A stretch of 58,007 nt of DNA from positions 1 to 58,007 of the IMG/VR virus record IMGVR_UViG_3300010370_000041; one strand, 5' to 3'. Below the pieces are notes generated by a model, which saw nothing but the letters and a program-made list of their open reading frames with translations, made no database searches and was not told the origin of the DNA. Numbering within the stretch: the first letter of the stretch is position 1; each line of letters begins with the position of its first letter. The position numbers and the translations under genes were made by a program. Positions 17,411 through 26,599 of the stretch are shown in pieces. Origin of the DNA: a virus. Its lineage: Duplodnaviria > Caudoviricetes.

Positions 17411-18996
17411 TGAGCGATCAAGAATTTTTTATTAATGCAAGAATTGATAACCCAACAGATATCCTGCAGCAATTTAAGGAAGAAGATCCTTTTAATAAAT
17501 CATGGAATGAGTTAAAGAATTTAATTGGGCTTGATAATAACTTCAAGCGTAGGGCAGGAAGATTGGCAGAAAAAGCAGTTGCTCCAGAAAATATGAATGG
17601 GTATTTGAATAATGCCAAAGCACAGCCTTCAGGTGTAGACGGAGCACAATCAAAAGAGATTAACCCAGGATCAGTTTATAGAAATGCCTACGGACTATTT
17701 GATGTAATCACACCACCATGGAATCTTTATGAGTTAGCAAACTACTATGACACTTCGTTTGCAAATCATGCTGCGATTGATGCAAAGGTAGAAAACATTG
17801 TTGGCCTTGGTTATGACTTTGAGGTTTCTCCATCGACGATGCTTCGTCTAGAGTCTAATCAAGATAAGGATCAGGTATCAAGAGCAAGAAACAGAATTGA
17901 AAGAGCAAAGATAGAATTACATAATTGGATTGAATCTTTAAATGATAATGATTCTTTTACAACTACCATGACTAAAGTTTATACTGATATGCAAGCAACA
18001 GGAAACGGATATCTAGAAATAGGTAGAACAACTCGTGGAGAAATTGGATATGTTGGACATATTCCAGCAACCACAATGCGTGTTCGTCGTTTGCGTGATG
18101 GATATATTCAGATCATTGGTCAGAAGGTAGTTTACTTCCGTAACTTTGGGGCAAAGAATCCAAACCCAATTACTGCTGACGCTAGACCTAATGAGATTAT
18201 TCACTTTAAGCAATACTCACCTCTAAATACATTCTATGGAGTACCAGATGTACTATCTGCAATCAACTCCTTGCATGGAGATCAGTTAGCATCACAATAT
18301 AACATTGATTATTTTAGCAATAAGGCTGTTCCAAGATATGTTGTTACATTGAAGGGTGCTCGTCTTTCTGCTGATGCTGAAGACAAAATGTTTAGATTCC
18401 TTCAGACAAACTTGAAGGGTCAGTCGCATAGAACTCTTTATATTCCACTTCCAGGAGATAGCGATAGCAATAAGGTAGAGTTCAAGATGGAGCCAATTGA
18501 AAACGGCGTACAAGAGGGATCATTTGAAAAGTACCGTAAGCAGAACCGTGATGATATTTTGGTAGCGCACCAAGTTCCGCTATCTAAGATTGGTGGAGGA
18601 GAGTCTGGCGGTATTGCAGCAGCATTGGCACAGGATCGAACATTTAAAGAGCAGGTAGCAAGACCTGCACAGCGAGAACTTGAAAAAACATTAAACAAGA
18701 TTATTAAAGAAAAGACTGATATTTTAGTACTTAAGTTTAATGAATTAACCCTAACTGACGAAAACGTACAATCTCAAATACTTGAAAGATACGTTAAGAA
18801 TCAGGTTATGCTTCCAAATGAAGCAAGAAATATTTTAGGACTTCCACAACGGGAAGGAGGAGATGAGCCTTTCCAGCCAAAGCCACAGGATACAGCAAAC
18901 AGAGCAAGGGACGGAGAAAGAATGAATAATCAATCCGACAGTACTGCAACAGTTTCTGGTAGAAATCCAAAGGGCGAGGGCAGGGCAACCGAATAA
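17410..18996 (+). CDS. Portal protein (PBSX/HK97 family)
   Basis: AIDAKVENIVGLGY, TGNGYLE, EIIHFK..SP...YGVP, YFSNKAVP, AHQVP, NEARNILGLP. Confidence 0.92.
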   Translation: MSDQEFFINARIDNPTDILQQFKEEDPFNKSWNELKNLIGLDNNFKRRAGRLAEKAVAPENMNGYLNNAKAQPSGVDGAQSKEINPGSVYRNAYGLFDVITPPWNLYELANYYDTSFANHAAIDAKVENIVGLGYDFEVSPSTMLRLESNQDKDQVSRARNRIERAKIELHNWIESLNDNDSFTTTMTKVYTDMQATGNGYLEIGRTTRGEIGYVGHIPATTMRVRRLRDGYIQIIGQKVVYFRNFGAKNPNPITADARPNEIIHFKQYSPLNTFYGVPDVLSAINSLHGDQLASQYNIDYFSNKAVPRYVVTLKGARLSADAEDKMFRFLQTNLKGQSHRTLYIPLPGDSDSNKVEFKMEPIENGVQEGSFEKYRKQNRDDILVAHQVPLSKIGGGESGGIAAALAQDRTFKEQVARPAQRELEKTLNKIIKEKTDILVLKFNELTLTDENVQSQILERYVKNQVMLPNEARNILGLPQREGGDEPFQPKPQDTANRARDGERMNNQSDSTATVSGRNPKGEGRATE

Positions 18997-18997
18997 G

Positions 18998-19040
18998 TTA
19001 TACACAACTTTATCCACAGTTTATTAACATTTGTGTAAAA
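18998..19040. promoter_or_regulatory. Cluster of DnaA-box-like 9-mers
   Basis: TTATACACA (18998), TTATCCACA (19010), degenerate TTATTAACA (19021), reverse-strand TTTTACACA (19032-19040). Confidence 0.6.
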
Positions 19041-19063
19041 AAGGCCATATAATATATTCTAGT

Positions 19064-20434
19064 ATGACTATATCTAAAGCCCATTGGGACACCAATGGCG
19101 ACTCAGTAAGACTTTCCCTTCCATTTGCGAAGGTTGATAAGGAGAGACGTATCGTCTCAGGTTTTGCATCCCTTGATAATTTAGATAAGCAAGGAGATAT
19201 AGTAACATCAGAAGCATCAATGAAAGCATTTGCAAATTTCCGTGGAAACATTCGTGAAATGCATCAACCACTCGCTGTTGGCAAGATGGTAAATTTTAAA
19301 GAAGATCGTTATTTTGATCCTACATCTAAAAAGTTTTATAATGGCGTTTTTGTTTCTGCATATGTTTCTAAGGGCGCACAAGATACATGGGAAAAAGTTT
19401 TGGACGGTACACTAACAGGATTCTCTATTGGTGGTCGTATGAATAAGTGGGATGACGGTTATGATGAGAAGTCAGATTCCACAATTAGAATTATTAAAGA
19501 TTATGATCTTGTAGAGTTGTCACTTGTTGACTCTCCAGCAAATCAATTTGCAAACATTATGCATGTTGAAAAGGTTGATGGCGTTGCTGTTGTTAAAGGT
19601 CAAGATGTTGAGTTAGAAAATGTTTTTTATGATCAAGAGTCTGGAATTGTAATGGTTTCAGATCAAGAATCTGCTGTAAGTCCAGTTACTGGCGATCAGA
19701 TGAAAAATATAGGTTTCGTTGAAAAACAAGACAACGAAAAAATGGATATAGTCAAATTCTTAGTTGATAGTGCTAAAGGCATGAATACTTCTAAGATAAC
19801 AGAGGAGGTAAATCCTATGGCAAAGAAAACAAAGGCTGTTGAAGAAACAGTTGAAGTTACTAAGTCAGAAGAGATCGCTCCTATTGCTGAAGAAACTCCA
19901 GCAGTTGAAACTGAAAAGGCTGATGTTGTTGATGAAACAACTGAAAAGACTGATGTTGTAGAAACAACAGAAGTTGCTGAAACAGAAAAGGCTGCCGCAT
20001 CATCTGGAGCATCTAAAGAGGAAGAAGATTCCGAAGAAGATGCAAAAGAAGATGAAGAAGAGATGAAGGCAAAGAAGAAGTCAGATGAAGTAGTTGTTGA
20101 CGCAATTGCTGAAATTAAAGAAACTATTACATCGGCCTTTAGCGATCTTTCAAATACTCTTAAGTCCTTGCAGGCTGAAGTAGAAGTACTAAAGTCTACT
20201 GCAATTGACAAGGAGACAGTAAAAAGTTCGTTTGATGCAGTCGCCAGAGATATCGCTGCAACTAATGAACGATTCAGTGAGTTTGGAAAGCGTGTTGACG
20301 CAGTAGAAGCAGATACAGCATTCCGAAAGTCTGGCGATCTAGGCGAGATCGTTCAGGATCGACCACAGGAAACTATGGTTGAAAAATCCTTATGGGGCGG
20401 ACGTTTCCTCAAAACAGCCGACTTATTTAATTAA
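19064..20434 (+). CDS. Prohead maturation protease with acidic C-terminal scaffold region
   Basis: RIVSGFAS....DKQGD, IREMH, GFSIGG, ELSLVDSPAN; E/K-rich C-terminal half; ATG 19064 preferred over TTG 19031. Confidence 0.88.
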   Translation: MTISKAHWDTNGDSVRLSLPFAKVDKERRIVSGFASLDNLDKQGDIVTSEASMKAFANFRGNIREMHQPLAVGKMVNFKEDRYFDPTSKKFYNGVFVSAYVSKGAQDTWEKVLDGTLTGFSIGGRMNKWDDGYDEKSDSTIRIIKDYDLVELSLVDSPANQFANIMHVEKVDGVAVVKGQDVELENVFYDQESGIVMVSDQESAVSPVTGDQMKNIGFVEKQDNEKMDIVKFLVDSAKGMNTSKITEEVNPMAKKTKAVEETVEVTKSEEIAPIAEETPAVETEKADVVDETTEKTDVVETTEVAETEKAAASSGASKEEEDSEEDAKEDEEEMKAKKKSDEVVVDAIAEIKETITSAFSDLSNTLKSLQAEVEVLKSTAIDKETVKSSFDAVARDIAATNERFSEFGKRVDAVEADTAFRKSGDLGEIVQDRPQETMVEKSLWGGRFLKTADLFN

Positions 20435-20457
20435 GTACAAAACTCGGAGGTGACAAT

Positions 20458-21600
20458 ATGTCGGAAGAAATAAAGAAAAACCAGCCAGGAGAATCAGGCC
20501 AACTCGGTGGAACAACACCAGGTCTTTATCAGTCACAAGGTGCTTATGCATCTGGTTCTGATGCAGGCTCAAATATCCCTGGCAATTATACTGATGGTGG
20601 TGTTCTTGGAAACATTCCAAACGCTAACCTAGGTCTTACAACAGGACCAAATGCAGTAAATCCTTCAGGTGAGGCTGGAAGCGGTATCCTACGCCCTGAA
20701 CAGGCACAGCGTTTCATTGATTACGTTTGGGACGCCACAGTTCTCGCCCAGGATGGTCGTCGTGTCACAATGAGAGCAAACACCATGGAACTCGAAAAGA
20801 TTAACGTGGGTGAACGAGTAATTCGTTCTGCTGCTCAAGGTGTCGGTGACTACACCAATAGTGGTGCTACATTCAGCAAAGTTGAACTTACAACCAAGAA
20901 GATTCGTCTAGATTGGGAAGTTACTGCTGAAGCACTCGAAGATAATATTGAAGGGGCTGCGCTTGAAGATCATCTAGTTCGCTTGATGACCAACGCATTC
21001 GCTAACGATATTGAAGACCTCGCTATTAATGGTGATGGTTCAACTGGTAACTTCCTTTCAATTATGAAGGGATTCGTCAAGAAGCACAAGGACAATGGAG
21101 ATTCGCATGAAGTTGCGTTGACTGTTGCTGATAATGCTTGGACACCAGAAAAGATGCAAGAGATTATTCTAGGCATGCCACGTAAGTATCGTGCCCTTAA
21201 GAATAACCTTAAGTTCTATGTAGGTACAGACACATTTGCTGGTATCGTTAAGCATAACGGTACTCTTGCTGATGCAATTGCTGAAGCAATGGGTAATCGT
21301 GTTGCTGGTACTGCTGCAAACCGTCAAGCATACCTTGATGGAAACGGCCAGACATTCGGCGGAGCACGTACAACACGTGTTCTCGGAATTGATGTCCAAG
21401 AAGTTCCTTACTATCCAGAAGGATATGTCGATTTGACATTCCCACAGAACCGTGTATGGGGCTTCCAGCGTGATATCGTCGTCAACCGTGAATACAAGGC
21501 GAAGAAGGACACAATTGAATACACAGTATTCGTCCGCTTCGGTATTCAATGGGAAGAAGAAGACGCAATTGCGTGGGCAGATGCTGCTTCAGACTCATAA
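20458..21600 (+). CDS. Major capsid protein (HK97 fold)
   Basis: GILRPEQAQRFIDYVWD, VELTTKKIRL, EALEDNIEG, DIEDLAINGD; follows protease; GGAGG RBS. Confidence 0.92.
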   Translation: MSEEIKKNQPGESGQLGGTTPGLYQSQGAYASGSDAGSNIPGNYTDGGVLGNIPNANLGLTTGPNAVNPSGEAGSGILRPEQAQRFIDYVWDATVLAQDGRRVTMRANTMELEKINVGERVIRSAAQGVGDYTNSGATFSKVELTTKKIRLDWEVTAEALEDNIEGAALEDHLVRLMTNAFANDIEDLAINGDGSTGNFLSIMKGFVKKHKDNGDSHEVALTVADNAWTPEKMQEIILGMPRKYRALKNNLKFYVGTDTFAGIVKHNGTLADAIAEAMGNRVAGTAANRQAYLDGNGQTFGGARTTRVLGIDVQEVPYYPEGYVDLTFPQNRVWGFQRDIVVNREYKAKKDTIEYTVFVRFGIQWEEEDAIAWADAASDS

Positions 21601-21619
21601 TCTGTAAACAGTAACCTTT

Positions 21620-21662
21620 GAGAGGGGGCAGGGGCTAGATCTCCTCCCCCTCTTAACTTTTT
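21620..21662 (+). terminator. Intrinsic terminator after the capsid gene
   Basis: GAGAGGGGGCAGGGG-ctagat-CTCCTCCCCCTCTT followed by a T tract; extended -10 TGTTATAAT follows at 21670-21678. Confidence 0.75.
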
Positions 21663-21697
21663 AGTATTCTGTTATAATAGTAACAAGGAGGTAAATA

Positions 21698-22174
21698 ATG
21701 GAAGAAAATAATTTTAATAATGAAACTTATGAAGCACCAATAGAAAATATTGTTGCTCCAGAAGCACCAGTAGAGGTATCAATTGAAGAACCAGTCGTAG
21801 AGGCTTTTATGCCAGAAACCAAGGTTGAAGAAATTGCTCAAGAAAATAGTATTGAGGCATCTATCTCTGCTCCTGAACCAGAAGTTACTGCTATCACTTC
21901 AAGTGATTTAGCAAGTTCTTCTACAGAGCAGGCTTTAGGCTCTGTGGCTAATGGCATTATTGGTGTAACAACAACAGTAAAGCAAGAAAAGCCAAATAAA
22001 CAACCATACAATAAGGTTTGTATTTATTCTCAAAAGAACATTCATGTTCCAGGTTTGGGCAAACTACTTCGTGGATATCAGATGCTTGATAAGACTATTG
22101 CTGACCAATGGTTAGATAAGCCATATGCAAGAATCGCAACTCCAGAAGAAGTTGCAAGGGAGTTTCGTAAGTAA
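21698..22174 (+). CDS. Hypothetical head-region protein (acidic low-complexity N-terminus)
   Basis: AAGGAGG RBS; ordered C-terminus ending RIATPEEVAREF. Confidence 0.65.
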   Translation: MEENNFNNETYEAPIENIVAPEAPVEVSIEEPVVEAFMPETKVEEIAQENSIEASISAPEPEVTAITSSDLASSSTEQALGSVANGIIGVTTTVKQEKPNKQPYNKVCIYSQKNIHVPGLGKLLRGYQMLDKTIADQWLDKPYARIATPEEVAREFRK

Positions 22175-23094
22175 TGCAAGTTTTGAGAGTTCCACCTTAT
22201 CCTTTAACAACCAAATGGGATTTACCCATTGCTAATTACGATTATGTAGTTTATGTTGAGGATCTGGTGGATCACTCATTTGAAGAAATAGAACTATCTT
22301 CAGATTCAAATGGTAGACTTATTTATGAACTTCCTATATCAAAAATACAATTTGATAGAGATTTTTTAATTAGATTTTATGATACAGAAAAAGAACATAT
22401 TTTATTTGAAAGTGATTTAACAATCACACGCCCATATGTTAACCCAGCAGACATGGGGACCACAGCAACTGAGATTAATGAATATACAATGTACGAACTT
22501 GTTGCTAGATCTATAATTGATACATATGTTGGTGATGGTTTTTATAACCATAAGTTAGTAATTAACACAACTGGAAATGGTGCAGATTATTTTCCTATTT
22601 GGCACGATGCCAATAGAGTATTGAAGGTTTATGAGAATGATATTTTAGTTTATGATATTGATAATGAAAATAATTATGAACAAAAATATAAAATCTTGTT
22701 AGATAACTCTGCTATTTATAAAATTGATAAGGCAACCGAGGGCGAAGAAAGAAACAGAACAGAAAACAATATTACAAAGATTGCAACCGCACATGGAGAT
22801 CTTGGATATGTTGCCTATGTTCCAACAGATTTTCCAAAAGGCGTAGATTATACTTTCATTTTAGATGTCGGCTATCGTGCAGTGCCAGCAGATGTTGAAG
22901 TGGCAACAAAGATGTTGATAGATGATATCAAGTGTGGTAAGTTAGATTACTACAAGAGATATATCTCAGCATATAATACAGATCAATTTAGAATTCAATT
23001 TGATAAGAATATGATGTCTGGAACTGGTAATCTTATTGTCGATAAGATACTTGAGAAGTATATTAACTCAATCACTAAGCCAGGAGTTCTATAA
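22174..23094 (+). CDS. Putative head-to-tail adaptor
   Basis: Position after capsid; ARSIIDTY, GYRAVPADVEVAT, VDKILEKY motifs typical of connector proteins. Confidence 0.62.
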   Translation: MQVLRVPPYPLTTKWDLPIANYDYVVYVEDLVDHSFEEIELSSDSNGRLIYELPISKIQFDRDFLIRFYDTEKEHILFESDLTITRPYVNPADMGTTATEINEYTMYELVARSIIDTYVGDGFYNHKLVINTTGNGADYFPIWHDANRVLKVYENDILVYDIDNENNYEQKYKILLDNSAIYKIDKATEGEERNRTENNITKIATAHGDLGYVAYVPTDFPKGVDYTFILDVGYRAVPADVEVATKMLIDDIKCGKLDYYKRYISAYNTDQFRIQFDKNMMSGTGNLIVDKILEKYINSITKPGVL

Positions 23095-23540
23095 TGATTT
23101 GCGAAGAAACAGACTTCGCATTTCCGATGCAAGCAGATGTATATCATCCAATTGTTGAGCAAGGTGCATACGGAGAAGTCAAAAAGACCTGGATTTTAGA
23201 TAGAACAATAGCCTGTTCGTTTGCTTCTGCAGGCACAGCGTTTAAAGAAGAAGTAACCCCTAACATAAATATTACTCAGGAGAAGTTACTGCTTGGTCGA
23301 TGCAAGTCTGATATTAGAATGTCAAGTATGGAAGCAAGAAACTCAATAACCAATGTTATTATTACCAACATTCGTGATAAAAACTGTAACGAAATATACA
23401 AAGAGACATCTGGTCCTCGTGCAGGCAAATCTACTATTTTTGAAATAGCAACCCAGGACCCATTTGCAGGTCCATTTGGCAATGTAGAATATTATAAGTT
23501 AGTTGTTCGTAGGTCAGAAAATCAGGCGGTAGATGTATGA
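23094..23540 (+). CDS. Putative head-to-tail stopper
   Basis: Synteny; QGAYGEVKKTW motif. Confidence 0.55.
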   Translation: MICEETDFAFPMQADVYHPIVEQGAYGEVKKTWILDRTIACSFASAGTAFKEEVTPNINITQEKLLLGRCKSDIRMSSMEARNSITNVIITNIRDKNCNEIYKETSGPRAGKSTIFEIATQDPFAGPFGNVEYYKLVVRRSENQAVDV

Positions 23541-24208
23541 TCGCTTTAAAGTTTGACAATAAAGTTTTTAAAAAACAGATGAGTAACCTAGTAGATTATT
23601 CTATAGGATACCTAGATGGTATGGAATTAGGTAAGCAAGAGTTTTTGGTGAACCTAGGTCAAGATGTGCAGGATATAGCGTATCAATTTATCGATGCTAA
23701 TGCCAGAGTAAGTCCACAAACTTTACACCATGTTTACGAATGGTATCAGACAGGAAGCCCAAATGCAAGATTGTTTGATATAGACTATAGAGTTAGTAAC
23801 CTAGGTTTGTCATTTATAACTTCATTTAAACAATCAAGAACTGTAAAGAGCGGATCTACTGTTCCATTTGAAAATAAAGCAAGCATTATGGAAAATGGAA
23901 TTAGCGTGACCATTAGGCCAAGAAATTCTGAAGTATTAAGGTTTGAAGATAACGGCAACATTATTTATACCAAGAAGGAAGTTGTTGTAGATAATCCTGG
24001 CGGAATAACCCAAGGACAATTCCAAAATACATTTGAAAACTTCTTCCGTAATTATTTTACACAGTCATTTTTAAGATCAAGTAAACTAAAGCAATATTTT
24101 TCTAATCCAGTAAGTTATAAGAGAAACCTGCCTGCAGGTGTTAAGGTCGGTAAGTCTGCTGGTATTCGTGCTGGCTATCGTTGGGTAGCAAATGTGAGGT
24201 TAACATAA
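23537..24208 (+). CDS. Putative neck/tail completion protein
   Basis: Synteny between stopper and tail terminator; ATGA overlap. Confidence 0.45.
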   Translation: MIALKFDNKVFKKQMSNLVDYSIGYLDGMELGKQEFLVNLGQDVQDIAYQFIDANARVSPQTLHHVYEWYQTGSPNARLFDIDYRVSNLGLSFITSFKQSRTVKSGSTVPFENKASIMENGISVTIRPRNSEVLRFEDNGNIIYTKKEVVVDNPGGITQGQFQNTFENFFRNYFTQSFLRSSKLKQYFSNPVSYKRNLPAGVKVGKSAGIRAGYRWVANVRLT

Positions 24209-24209
24209 T

Positions 24210-24770
24210 ATGGCTATTTCATATCCACCAGTATTTGTAAATGATTATTTGGCAGAAAAAGGCCTATTGTTATTTAACAATGCTGTTAATTTTTTCCCAT
24301 CAGGACCAAATACAATCGAACAGGTTCAGAATAATGGAATAGATTTCTTTTGTGTATATGACCGAATGTTTAGGATGCGTAGAAAGGCTTTCCCACATAT
24401 TAAGGATGAGCAGTTATTATATTATTTTTATTCTGGTGGAGAAAATCATCAAGCAAACCTAATAGAAAATACACAACTAGTTCAGGATCTTCTCGATAGG
24501 GGAGATGAATCTGGTCAAGAAGTCAATGCTTGGCTTCAGAGCAAATTAAACGAAGATGGACTGTATGTCAAAGGAAACAAGTCATTCCTTCCAGTCTATT
24601 TCCATGAGTTTACAATATATCAGTTAGAAGAGGCACGGGATATAGTCGATTTCGGCACGGCCAGAACATATGCGGGAAATAAGATAATCATCAGTTACTG
24701 CTACCATACCGTCGGGGAAGGTCAAAATGCAGATGGAAAACGCACATACAACGGCACAATAATTTCATAA
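24210..24770 (+). CDS. Putative tail terminator protein
   Basis: Immediately upstream of the tail tube gene; appropriate size. Confidence 0.45.
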   Translation: MAISYPPVFVNDYLAEKGLLLFNNAVNFFPSGPNTIEQVQNNGIDFFCVYDRMFRMRRKAFPHIKDEQLLYYFYSGGENHQANLIENTQLVQDLLDRGDESGQEVNAWLQSKLNEDGLYVKGNKSFLPVYFHEFTIYQLEEARDIVDFGTARTYAGNKIIISYCYHTVGEGQNADGKRTYNGTIIS

Positions 24771-24838
24771 AAGGCTGTTATACTTATCAATGAGGAAACA
24801 CGCCTTTTAATTTCTAGAAAAATAAAGAGGTGAAATAA

Positions 24839-25441
24839 ATGGCTCTAGGTAGTTCAAGTAATATCATCGTAGGTGCAGCCCAACTTTGGGTGCATAAGGC
24901 AGGACCTTTGGGAGTTGGCGGACAGCCAGCATTCGCATCAGGTACTAAGTATGCAACCACAATGGACGCTGACACTGATTTCCGTAACGTAGGTTACACA
25001 AGCAATGGTTTGGAACTTCAATTCCAACCAGATTTTGGTGAAGTAACTGTTGATCAGATTCTTGACGTTGCTAAGTTATATAAGCAAGGCATGCAGGTAA
25101 ATCTTAATACAGCATTCGCTGAATCTACATTGGAAAATCTCGTTGTTGCAATTGCAGCATCTGAAGATGATCTCAATGCAGGTGTATTAGATCTTCGTGC
25201 AGGTAATCTCGGTGAATGCCCACTCGAAAGAGGACTAGTTGCCGTTGGCCCTGGAACAGGTGATTGCGAGGAAGGTTCTAACAAAGAAAGAATCTACGTT
25301 GCATATCGTGCACTCTCAATTGAGAGCGTAACTGTGTCAGCAAAGCGTGATGAGGCTACAATGTTTGAAGTCTCGTTCCGTTTGCTTCCAGAAGACGGTG
25401 GCTCATACGGTAAGATCATAGATCGTACTGTTTCAGTATAA
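24839..25441 (+). CDS. Major tail tube protein
   Basis: NIIVGAA, VGYTSNGLELQFQP, AESTLENL, FEVSFRLLP; own promoter TGTTATACT (24776-24784), GAGGTG RBS and downstream terminator. Confidence 0.85.
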   Translation: MALGSSSNIIVGAAQLWVHKAGPLGVGGQPAFASGTKYATTMDADTDFRNVGYTSNGLELQFQPDFGEVTVDQILDVAKLYKQGMQVNLNTAFAESTLENLVVAIAASEDDLNAGVLDLRAGNLGECPLERGLVAVGPGTGDCEEGSNKERIYVAYRALSIESVTVSAKRDEATMFEVSFRLLPEDGGSYGKIIDRTVSV

Positions 25442-25459
25442 TACAACTTAATAACAGAT

Positions 25460-25493
25460 AGCCCAGACCCTTGAAAGTCTGGGCTTTTCTGTT
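25460..25493 (+). terminator. Intrinsic terminator after the tail tube gene
   Basis: AGCCCAGAC-ccttgaaa-GTCTGGGCT followed by TTTCTGTT. Confidence 0.8.
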
Positions 25494-25507
25494 TGGTATA
25501 ATAAAGT

Positions 25508-26194
25508 GTGGCTACAGAAATATACAAAATACAAGAAATAACATTATCAGATGATTCTGTTTTAGAGATCTCTCCTTTAAAAATTAAGTATTTAAAAAAG
25601 TTTATGACTAAGTTTGAAGATGTCAAAAATGCAAGGGGAGACCTAGAGGCTATAACAGCCCTAGTAGAATGTGCAAGAATATGCATGCAACAATATAAAC
25701 CATCCATAGCAATAAGTACCGAAGTCCTTGAAGATAATGTTTCTTTGACCGATATATATAAAATACTTGATGTAGGTGCAGGTATAAAGATAAAGCAGGA
25801 CTCGGAAGAAGGAGTGAAAGAACAGGCAACAAAAGGCGGAGCAACCTGGGATGAGTTTGATTTGGCGAAACTAGAGTCTGAAGTTTTTATGCTTGGCATA
25901 TGGAAAAATTACGATGAACTAGAGTCTTCCCTGTGTATGGCCGAATTAACCGCATTATTAACACATAAAAGAGATTCTGACTATCAAGACAAAAAGTTTG
26001 CAGCAGCAATCCAGGGAGTCGATTTAGATAAAAATAATAAAAAAAGTAATGCATGGGAAGATCTTAAGGCCAGGGTATTTAGTAAGGGTAAGGCTACTGA
26101 CGGTAGCGATATTCTCGCTCTTCAGGGTATTAATGCCCAACAGGCAGGCTTTGGAATTGGTATGGGATTAGATTACGAAGAGGTCAAGGACTAA
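25508..26194 (+). CDS. Tail assembly chaperone, long (GT-like) form
   Basis: Between tail tube and TMP; N-terminal half paralogous to ORF 26247; C-terminal W..YDELE..L...EL motif; GTG 5 nt after TGGTATAAT (25494-25502). Confidence 0.65.
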   Translation: MATEIYKIQEITLSDDSVLEISPLKIKYLKKFMTKFEDVKNARGDLEAITALVECARICMQQYKPSIAISTEVLEDNVSLTDIYKILDVGAGIKIKQDSEEGVKEQATKGGATWDEFDLAKLESEVFMLGIWKNYDELESSLCMAELTALLTHKRDSDYQDKKFAAAIQGVDLDKNNKKSNAWEDLKARVFSKGKATDGSDILALQGINAQQAGFGIGMGLDYEEVKD

Positions 26195-26246
26195 AAATAA
26201 AAGTCGTTTGTGGTATAATTAATTTACTTATTCTTAAGGAGGAATA

Positions 26247-26582
26247 GTGAGTTCAAAAGGTAATAATAATCAAACAACAAAGAATGAATTGTCACTAATT
26301 GACGGTACAAAATTTGAAGTAAAGCCGCTTAAGATTTCTTTGCTTAAGCCGTTTCTAAGTAAATTCGGAACGCTTGCTGAAGTAGCAGACGATAACGAAA
26401 AATCTATGGATATATTACTGGATTGTGTTCAAATTGCTTTTAAGCAATATTTGCCAGGATATGCAGATAACAGAGAGGCAGTTGAAGATAACCTTGACTT
26501 GCCAACAGTATACAAGATCATTGATGCTGCTTCTGGAATGCAACTATCTGATGCAACTGGAATTCTAAATCCAAGTAAGTAG
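26247..26582 (+). CDS. Tail assembly chaperone, short (G-like) form
   Basis: PLKISLLK.F..KF and EDNLDLPTVYKIID; own promoter TGGTATAAT (26211-26219) and AAGGAGG RBS. Confidence 0.65.
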   Translation: MSSKGNNNQTTKNELSLIDGTKFEVKPLKISLLKPFLSKFGTLAEVADDNEKSMDILLDCVQIAFKQYLPGYADNREAVEDNLDLPTVYKIIDAASGMQLSDATGILNPSK

Positions 26583-26599
26583 GATTGGGGGTGTCATGA

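Noticed and set aside
19031-19063. Upstream TTG start for the protease
   Set aside because: It overlaps the DnaA-like boxes and the -10 element; ATG 19064 is more plausible.
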